Source: an uncultured Acidobacteriota bacterium
GTDB lineage: Bacteria; Acidobacteriota; Vicinamibacteria; Fen-336
Length of the DNA stretch: 64,000 bases
Assembly: GCA_963700695.1 (NCBI GenBank)
Contig: CAVOYO010000004.1
Location: 263,959-327,958, forward strand
Direction of reading: 5' to 3'
Shown: positions 8,942 to 16,994 of the stretch, piece by piece
Layout of the letters: each line of letters starts with the position of its first letter
Numbering within the stretch: position 1 is the first letter of the stretch
Made by a program: the position numbers and the translations under genes
Notes under the pieces: model-generated
What the model was told of the DNA's origin: nothing
The model's input: only the letters and a program-made list of their open reading frames with translations
The model's database searches: none

Positions 8942-10901
8942 ATGGACAGACCGAGCCACGACCCCGACCGAGGATTCCGCAGCCTCACCACCCGCCTCAT
9001 CGTCTGGACCCTGCTCGCGGTCGGGGCGGTGTACGTGGTCACCGTCGTCGTGTCCAACACGCTGGCCCGCCGAATGGCCCTGGCCGCGGCGGAGCGCGAA
9101 GCCATCAACGAGGCCGACGGGGCCGTGGGCCAGGTCCAGGACGTTCTGCACGCGGTGGAGGAGCGGACCCTGGTCCTCGCCGCGGTCGTGGACGACGCTG
9201 AATCCTCCGGAGGCCGCGCTCGACCGTCTGCTGGGCGACTTCGTCCTGGGTCATCCGGAGGTGTTCGGCGCGGCCATCGCCTTCGAGCCCGGTGAGCGGC
9301 TCCCGGGCGACGGGCGCCTCGTCCGCTACCACCACCGACTCCGCGACCGCCCCCACGAGCTCGGCACCGCCGATCTGGGCGCCGGCGGGATCCGCTACTG
9401 GGAGAAGGAGTGGTACGCCAGGCCCCTCCGCAGCGGAGAGCCCGGCTGGTCCGAACCCTACTGGGACGAGGGCGGCGGCGAGGTGAACATGGTCACCTGG
9501 TCGGTGCCTCTGCGGCGGCCGGACGGGACCGTTCGCGGGGTCGTCACCGCCGACCTGCGCCTGCGGTGGCTCGACGCCCTGGTGCGCCGGGTGGAGCTCG
9601 GGCGCAGCGGCTTCGGCCTCATCGTGTCCCGGCAGCGCCACATCATCGCCGCCTCGCATCGGCCAGCCGGGGCCATCGAGGCGCCCCAGCGGGTCCTCGA
9701 TCGATGCCCCCCGAGGAGCGGGTCCGCCTCCAGCCCATCGTCGAGCGGATGGTGGCGGGCGAGCCGGGCTTCGAGGCGATCGAGATCGACGGACGCCGCT
9801 ACCGGCTCACCTTCCGGCCCATCGGGCCACGCCGGCTGGTCGATGGCGCTGGCTCTACCCGGAGGACGAGCTGTTCGAGGAGGTGGGCTGGCTGCGGACG
9901 ATCCAGTCCGCGCTCGACCTCGGCGGTCTCGTCCTCCTCGCCCTGGTCGTCGTCGTCCTCTCGCGGCGGCTCACCCGGCCCCTCGGGGCCCTCGCCGCGA
10001 GCGCCGACGACATGGCCACCGGCAACCTCGATGCCACGCTGCCGCCCGTCGAGACGCGCGACGAGATCGGACGCCTCACGCGTGCGTTCCACCACATGCG
10101 CGACTCGCTCAAGACCTACATCCGGGACCTCAAGGAGACGACCGCGGCCAAGGAGCGGCTGGAGAGCGAGCTCAAGGTCGCCCGGCGCATCCAGGCCGAC
10201 ATGCTGCCGAAGCCCACGGCGGGCGGGCCCGACGAGGGCTACGAGCTGGCGGCGACGCTGGTCCCGGCGCGGGCGGTCGGGGGCGATCTCTTCGACCACT
10301 TCCGGGACGGGTGAGCGGGTCTTCTTCCTGGTCGGCGACGTGTCGGGCAAGGGGGTGCCGGCGGCCCTCTTCATGGCCCGCACGAAGACGCTCTTCGAGG
10401 CCCTGGCCGCACGGGAGGCCGACCCGGCAGCGATCCTGGCCGCGGCCAACCACAACCTCTGCGCGGAGAACGACGCCGGCATGTTCGTGACCGCGGTCTG
10501 CGGGGTCCTCGACGCGACGAGCGGCGAGCTCACCTTCGCCCTCGCCGGGCACGATCCGCCCGTCTTCGTCCCGGCCGAGGGCGACCCGGAGCCCCTGCAG
10601 GTCGAGGGCGGCCGGGTGCTCGGCCTGATCGAGGGCTCGGACTACCCGGTGAACCGGCTCCGGCTGGGCCACCGGGACGCCGTCGTCATGTTCACCGATG
10701 GCGTCTCCGAGGCCCAGAACGTGGACGGCGGCTTCTTCGAGCTCGACCGGATCGTCGAGACCCTGAAGCGACACCGCCACGAGGACGCCGTCGGCGGTGA
10801 CCGAGGCCTCCTGCGAGGCGGTGCGCGACTTCGCCGGAGAGGCGCCCCAGTCCGACGACATCACCCTGATGACCCTGAGGTACCTGTCGCCACCCGCCTG
10901 A
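8942..10901 (+). CDS. Membrane sensor phosphatase: TM - Cache-like - TM - HAMP - PP2C/SpoIIE (RsbU-like); multiply frame-disrupted
   Basis: Domain pieces: TM1 LIVWTLLAVGAVYVVTVVVS; Cache-like IRYWEKEWYARPLRSGEPGWSEPYWDEGGGEVNMVTWSVPL; TM2 LDLGGLVLLALVVVVLS; HAMP RRLTRPLGALAASADDMATGNLD...DEIGRLTRAFHHMRDSL; PP2C ARRIQADMLP...AVGGDLFD...FFLVGDVSGKGVPAALFMA...VMFTDGVSEA...SDDITLMTLRY. Five frame changes are needed (about 9205, 9690, 9860, 10312 and 10795). Confidence 0.8.
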
Positions 10902-11022
10902 GCCCGGAGATCACCGGCGCCCGATGACAAGACCCGCCGGGGTCGCCGGGGTGCCCGTGGTTGAACGGCGCCGCGCGAACAGGTAGTCTCGGCCGCTCTC
11001 CGGAGGCTGCTCGAGCTTTCGA

Positions 11023-12172
11023 ATGTCCACGACCGCGACGAGCCGCAGGCCCCGCTACGACGTGGAGCACGACCCCGCGTCCGGGACCCTCCGCGTCCGC
11101 CTGAGCGGCACCTGGACGATGAAGACGGGTGCCGGCCCGGGCGAGGAGCTGCTGCCGCACGTCCAGTCCCTGCCCGAGGGCTCCCGTGTCGTGATCGAGG
11201 ACGCCGGCATCGCGCAGTGGGACAGCCTCCTCGTCGCCGCCGTGCGCGACCACGACCCTGATCGCCCGGGCCGCGGCGTGAGCGTGGACTGTCCGGCCTG
11301 CCCGACGGGGCGCGGAAGCTGGTCGACCTCGCGGCGGCGGTGCCGCCGCGGCTGAGGCCGATCGGCCCCCCGAGGACGACGCCCTCACCGCGCGGGTGGG
11401 GCGGATCGCCCTCGGGGCCTGGGACACGGCCTCCGACGCCACCGAGTTCCTGGGCGAGGTCGTCCAGGCCTTCGGCACCTTCCTGCGCGGCCGAGCCCGG
11501 TTCCGCCGCGTCGACCTGATGCACGCCCTGGAGAGCGCCGGGGTGGGGGCCCTCGGCATCGTGGCCCTCATCAACTTCCTCGTGGGGACGGTGCTGGCCT
11601 TCGTGGGGGCGGTCCAGCTCGAGCAGTTCGGGGCGGCGATCTACGTGGCCAACCTGGTGGGCATCGCGGTGGCCCGGGTGCTCGGGGCCCTCATGACGGG
11701 GATCGTGATGTCGGGGAGGACGGGAGCCTCCTTCGCCGCGATCCTGGGCACGATGAACGTGAACGAGGAGACCGACGCCCTGAAGACGATGGGCCTGAAG
11801 CCGGTCGAGTTCCTCGTCCTGCCGCGGGTCATCGCCACCACCCTGATGCTGCCCGCCCTCACGGCCTACGGGATCCTCATGGGCCTGCTGGGGGGGATGT
11901 TCGTCGGGGTGGCGCTCCTCGACATCGGGGCCATGGAGTACCTCACGCAGACGCAGGGCTCGCTGGACCTGAGGCAGGTCGTGATCGGTCTCTCGATGGG
12001 CCTGGCCTTCGGGATGGTCGTGGCCCTCACCGGCTGCTACTACGGTCTGCGCTGCGGGCGCAGCTCCGCCGCGGTGGGCCAGGCGACCACGAAGGCGGTG
12101 GTCTCGTCGATCGTGCTCGTGGTGGTGGTGACCGCGGTCTTCACCGTCGTCCTGTACCTCCTGGGGTTGTGA
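11023..12172 (+). CDS. mlaE: MlaE-family ABC permease with an N-terminal STAS-like domain; frame-disrupted in the linker
   Basis: The N-terminus reads TLRVRLSGTWTMKTG...SRVVIEDAGIAQWDSLLVAAV (STAS-like, DS motif). The C-terminal 258 aa are a typical MlaE: FLGEVVQAFGTFLRGRARFRRVDLMHALESAGVGALGIVALINFLVG...MNVNEETDALKTMGL. Shifts between about 11250 and 11400 join the two parts. Confidence 0.75.
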
Positions 12173-12934
12173 TGGACGAGAGCCAGACGGCGAACATGCA
12201 GATCGAGGTCCGAGGGCCTGACGATGGCGTTCGGCAGCCACGTGGTGCAGCGGGACGTCGGCTTCGACGTTCGGCCGGGCGAGATCTTCGTCATCATGGG
12301 CGACAGCGGCTGCGGCAAGAGCACGCTGATGCGGCACATGATCGGCCTGAACCGGCCGGCGGCGGGGCGCGTGCTCTACGAGGGCGAGGACTTCTGGGAC
12401 GCCGAGGAGGACGAGCAGGAGCGGCTCCAGCGGGGCTTCGGGGTGCTCTACCAGACCGCGGCCCTCTTCAGCTCGATGACCCTCGAGGAGAACGTGTCCC
12501 TGCCCCTGCTCGAGTACTCCGACCTCGAGCCGAGCCAGGCCCGCGAGGTGGCGCTGCTCAAGCTCGCCCTCGTCGGCCTCGCCGGGTTCGAGGAGTACTA
12601 CCCGTCCGAGATCAGCGGGGGCATGCGCAAGCGCGCGGGCCTGGCCCGGGCCATGGCCCTCGACCCCGACATCCTCTACTTCGACGAGCCCTCGGCCGGG
12701 CTCGATCCCCTGAGCTCGCGCCGCCTCGACGACCTGATCCTCGAGCTGCGCGACAGCCTGGGGACGACCATCGTGCTCGTGACCCACGAGCTGCCCAGCA
12801 TCTTCGAGCTGGGCGACAACGCCGTCTTTCTCGACGCGGAGCGGAAGACCATGATTGCCCAGGGCAAGCCGAGTGAACTCAAGGACAGCCCCGACCCCAA
12901 GGTCCGGGCCTTCATGAGCCGGGGGCGGCTATGA
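12172..12934 (+). CDS. mlaF: MlaF-like ABC ATP-binding protein; one frame break near the 5' end
   Basis: MDESQTANMQIEVRG, then (1 extra nt near 12213) LTMAFGSHVVQRDVGFDVRPGEIFVIMGDSGCGKSTL (Walker A), ISGGMRKRAGLARA (signature) and ILYFDEPSAGLD (Walker B). The start overlaps the mlaE stop and the stop overlaps the next ATG. Confidence 0.85.
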
Positions 12935-13919
12935 GCGCGAAGACCCACCCGCGCCTGGTCGGCGCCTTCGTCCTCGGGGCGATCGCCCTGGTGCTGGCGG
13001 CGATCGTGTTCCTGAGCTCCGGGGGGCTGTTCCAGCAGCGGGACCGCTTCGTCGTCTTCTTCCCCGGCTCGGTCAAGGGGCTGCAGACCGGCTCGGAGGT
13101 CACGTTCCGCGGGGTCAGGGTCGGAGAGGTGATCGAGGTGAGCGCCGTTCCAGACCGGCCTGCCCGACGACCCCATCCAGATCGAGGTGGTGTGCGAGTT
13201 CTACGGGGACGTCGTCGACGTTCCCGAGGGGGTGGACAACCCCTACGAGGGCCTCGACGCACGAGGAGAGCGGTCGCGATGCACATCGAGCAGGGCATCC
13301 GCGCGCGCATGATGAGCGCCAGCCTGCTCACCGGCCAGAAGTACATCGAGATCGACTTCCTGCCCGACGAGCCGGCACGCCTCGCGGGCCTGAGCCGCCG
13401 CTACCCCGAGATCCCGACCACGCCCTACCGCCATGGAGAAGGTGGGGGAGCGGATCGAGGACCTCATGAACAAGCTCGCCGAGGTGCCGCTCGACCAGGT
13501 CGTCGAGAACGTGCAGATAGGCGATCCGGGCCGCCCGTGAGCTGCTCGAGTCGCCGGAGCTCAAGGGGACCCTCGAGGGAGCGCAGCGCGTGGTCAGATC
13601 GATCGAGCCGACCGTCGCCGAGGCGCGCAAGACGCTGAAGTCGGCCCGCGAGGTCATCGAGAACCTCGGGAAGGAGACCGACGGCCTCGGCGACGACGTG
13701 AGCCAGACGCTCGCCGAGCTGCGGGAGCGGCTGGCCCGGACCGAGAAGACGTTCGAGACGCTCGAGGCCACGCTGCGGGGGACCGACGACGCGCGCGTGG
13801 ACGCCTCGAAGACCCTCGTCGAGCTCGAGCGGGCGCTCAAGGCGTTCCGCAACCTGGCCGAGTACATCCAGACCCACCCCGAGGCCATCCTCCAGGGCAA
13901 GGAGAAGGAGGGGAAGTGA
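12931..13919 (+). CDS. MCE-domain substrate-binding protein (MlaD/PqiB-like); frame-disrupted
   Basis: TM anchor MSAKTHPRLVGAFVLGAIALVLAAIVFL; MCE core VVFFPGSVKGLQTGSEVTFRGVRVGEVIEV; IRARMMSASLLTGQKYIEIDFLPDEP...YPEIPTTP; coiled-coil tail TVAEARKTLKSAREVIENL...ILQGKEKEGK. There are at least four frame changes between 13145 and 13590. Confidence 0.75.
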
Positions 13920-14633
13920 TGCGCACCCGGTTGTCGGCAACCCTCGGTCTCGTCGGCCTCGCCCTCGTGGCGGCCGGATGCGTCTCGCTGAAGCGCACCC
14001 CGGAGGCCCGGTTCTTCGTCCTGCAGTCCCTGCGTCGAGCCCAGCCGGCCGCCGCCGGGCGCGGCGCCGCGGGGGCATCGTGGGCGTGGAGAAGGTGCGC
14101 CTGCCCGGGCCACCTCGATGCGCCCCCAGCTCGTGACCTGGGCGGCCCCGAACGAGCTGAGCGTCGACGAGTTCCTCCGCTGGGCCGAGCCCCTGGAGGA
14201 CGGCATCACCCGCACCCTCGGCGAGGACCTGGCCGCGCTCCTCCCGGACCATCAGGTCGTCCGTCGCCCGTGGCCGGGGCGACACCAGGACCCGGTGCCG
14301 GGTCATGGTGTCGCTCCGCGTGTTCGGCTTGCAGCGGGACGGCATGGTCGAGCTGGACGGGCGGTGGGCACTGCTGCCCGACCGGGGCGAGCTCGCCCTC
14401 GTCCAGCAGCCGGTGAGCCTGCAGCGGTGGTCCACTGGCGAGCGCCGGGGCACGGGCGTGTCGCCCGGAACCGGGGTCGACGCGATGAGCGAGCTGATCG
14501 CGGACCTGAGCCGGCAGATCGCCGAGGCGATCCGGGCCCTGCCGCCGGAGCAGACCCCCGTCGAAATCGAAGAGGAGACGGTCACGTCGGAGGAGATCGA
14601 GGACGCCGCGTCCGAGGACGGCGGGAGCGATGA
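13916..14633 (+). CDS. ABC-transport auxiliary lipoprotein (DUF330 / PqiC-like); frame-disrupted, 3' end uncertain
   Basis: Lipobox MMRTRLSATLGLVGLALVAAGC, then RFFVLQSL. Other frames give RPQLVTWAAPNELSVDEFLRWAEPLEDGITRTLGEDLAALLP and MVSLRVFGLQRDGMVELDGRWALL...IADLSRQIAEAI. The acidic tail ends at either 14633 or 14721, depending on the frame. Confidence 0.6.
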
Positions 14634-15858
14634 TCTCGAAGCCTGGGCGACCGCGAGAAGTTCCACCGGCTCTTCATCCTGTTTCTCGTCGTGGTCGTCT
14701 CCGCGGCCTTCCTCTACATGATCCGTGGCTTCATCGTCACGGTGCTGATGGCCGCGATCTTCTCGGGGCTGGCCCATCCCCTGTATCGGCGTCTCCTGCC
14801 GAGGGTCAGGGGAAGCCGGGCGACGGCGTCGGTGCTGACCCTCCTGATCGTTCTCCTCCTCGTCGTCGTTCCCCTCGTCGCCTTCCTGGGCATCGTGGCC
14901 ACCGAGGCGGTCTCCATCAGCCAGTCGGTCACCCCCTGGGTGCGGGAGCATCTGCGGGAGCCCGGAGGGCTCAGCCGGCTCCTCGAGCGCGTCCCGTACC
15001 TCGCCCAGCTCCAGGAGCAGTTCCAGGCCTACAGCGCCCAGATCATCGAGAAGCTCGGGGAGCTGGCGGGCCGGGTGAGCTCGTTCCTGGTGAACAGCCT
15101 GTCCGCGGCCACGAAGGGCACCGTGGGCTTCCTCTTCCAGCTCTTCGTCATGATCTACGCCATGTTCTTCTTCCTGGTCGGAGGCCGCGCGGCGCTGGAC
15201 AAGGCCATGGTCTACGTCCCGCTCCCGGAGAGCGACAAGGAGCTGCTCCTCGACAAGTTCGTCTCGGTGGCCCGGGCGACCTTCAAGGGGACCTTCGTCG
15301 TGGGCCTGGTCCAGGGGGGGCTGGCCGGCCTCGCCTTCGCCGTCGCCGGTATCCAGGGGGCGACCTTCTGGGGCACGGTCATGGTCGTGCTCTCCATCAT
15401 CCCCGGGATCGGGACCGCCCTCGTCTGGGTCCCCGCCGTCATCTATCTCTTCGCCGTCGGCCAGACCGTCTCCGCCGTCGGCCTCGCCGTGTGGTGCGCG
15501 CTCGTCGTCGGGACAGTGGACAACTTCCTCCGGCCGAAGCTCGTGGGCGGCCGACACGAAGATGCCCGACCTCCTGATCCTCCTGAGCACGTTCGGGGGG
15601 CTGTCGATGTTCGGCGCGGTCGGCCTCGTCCTCGGTCCCATCATCGCCGCGCTGTTCATCGCGGTGTGGCAGATCTACGGAGAGGCCTTCGGCGAGCTGC
15701 TGGGCACGGAAGGCGCCCGCCGACGACGAACCACGGCCACCGATCCCGACCGGCTGGAAGGACTCCGAGGTCCCCTGAGGCACGGCGACCCGCCGCGGGC
15801 CGCCTTGAGAGGGTCGTCGGCGTGTGGGAGTATGGAGGTCTCGGAGGTTCCTCGATGA
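14630..15858 (+). CDS. AI-2E family (PerM/YhhT-like) membrane transporter; frame-disrupted, 3' end uncertain (15777 or 15858)
   Basis: REKFHRLFILFLVVVVSAAFLYMIRGFIVTVLMAAIFSGLAHPLYRRL...GIQGATFWGTVMVVLSIIPGIGTALVWVPAVIYLF...VDNFLRPKLVG, then (shift near 15555) MPDLLILLSTFGGLSMFGAVGLVLGPIIAALFIAVWQIY. Confidence 0.75.
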
Positions 15859-16745
15859 GTCTGCGGCGCCAGCTGGCCCTGCGGTCAGCCACCTGGTCTC
15901 TCGTCGTGTCCGCCTGCTCCGGCCTGCGCCTCTCGCCGGTGACGGCCGAGCCCACGAGCACAGTGGATCCCCGGCAAGTTCATCTGGCACGACCTCATCA
16001 CCCACGACGTCGAAGCGGTGAAGAGCTTCTACGGCGGCATCTTCGGCTGGACCTTCGAGGCCCTGCCCGGGACCGATCGCTACACGGTGATCCGCCACAA
16101 CGGGGAGATGATCGGCGGCATCGCCTTCAGCGACCGCAAGGTCGACGGGAGAGCCGGTCTCCCAGTGGGTGAGCATGATGTCCGTCCCCGACGTCGACCT
16201 CGCGGCCTCCCGTCTCCGGCAGGCCGGTGGCCGGGTCTACGCCGGACCCCGCGACATCGACGACCGGGGTCGCCTGGCCATCGTGGGCGATCCCCAGGGG
16301 GCCGTCTTCGGCCTCGTCCGCACCACCGGCGGGGATCCCCCCGACCGGGAGGCCGGGACTCGGTGACTGGCTGTGGAACGAGCTGTGGTGCGACGACCAG
16401 GAGTCGGCGAGCCAGGTCTACGCCAGCCTCGTCGGTTTCGAGCTGGACACCCAGGAAACGGTGGCGGGAAGACCCTACACGGTCTTCAAGAGAGACGGCA
16501 CGCCCCGGGCCGGGCTGCTCGTCGACCCCTTCCCCGAGGTGACGCCCTACTGGCTCTCGTACGTTCGGGTGGAGGACCCGGCGGCAGTGGTGGCGAAGGT
16601 GGAGGGGCTCGGCGGCCAGGTGCTTCTCAAGCCCGACCCGAAGCACCGAAACGGCACGGTGGCCATCATTGCCGACCCGACGGGGGCGGAGGTGGCGATC
16701 CAGAAGTGGCCGATCGACGACACGGGAGCCGGAGGGGGCGACTGA
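15855..16745 (+). CDS. Secreted two-module VOC (glyoxalase/bleomycin-resistance fold) protein; frame-disrupted
   Basis: Pieces in three frames: MSLRRQLALRSATWSLVVSACSG; FIWHDLITHDVEAVKSFYGGIFGWTFEALPGTDRYTVIRHNGEMIGGI; WVSMMSVPDVDLAASRLRQAGGRVYAGPRDIDDRGRLAIVGDPQGAVFGL; WLWNELWCDDQESASQVYASLVGFEL...GTVAIIADPTGAEVAIQKW. Confidence 0.65.
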
Positions 16746-16787
16746 GACAACACGTGCGGTGGAGGTCCGCCGCCGGAGGTGACGAAG

Positions 16788-16958
16788 TTGAAGAAGGTGA
16801 CACGCATCGCAATGCTCCTGGCCCTGCTGGCCGCGAGCCTGACCATGACCGCCTGCACGGGAACGAACCTCTACAGGGGTGTGGACGCCAACGGCGGCTG
16901 GAACGGCCCGTCGACGCGGGGGAACATGGGCGGCGGAATCGCCGGCTATCCGTTCTAG
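16788..16958 (+). CDS. Small (56 aa) lipoprotein, below the ORF-track size cutoff
   Basis: TTG start 7 nt after ggaggtgacgaag. The product is (M)KKVTRIAMLLALLAASLTMTACTGTNLYRGVDANGGWNGPSTRGNMGGGIAGYPF*, with the lipobox LTMTAC. The frame has high GC3. An alternative start is the ATG at 16812. Confidence 0.55.
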   Translation: MKKVTRIAMLLALLAASLTMTACTGTNLYRGVDANGGWNGPSTRGNMGGGIAGYPF

Positions 16959-16994
16959 CGTCGTCCCGGGGCCGGTCCGACCCGGAATCACAGA

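Noticed and set aside
10172-12787. The 871-aa minus-strand ORF. Similar long shadows are 13464..15659(-), 25783..28587(-), 36955..39135(-), 46574..49315(+), 53872..56139(-), 58552..60093(-), 41599..43170(+) and 31665..33533(+).
   Set aside because: Each lies antisense or off-frame to a gene with clear family motifs (PP2C/MlaE, MCE/AI-2E, prolyl oligopeptidase, PMI-like, FAAL, DUF5916, sulfatase-TPR, K+ channel/HD, PQQ/rocD). Each also has low-complexity R/G/P/H/E composition.
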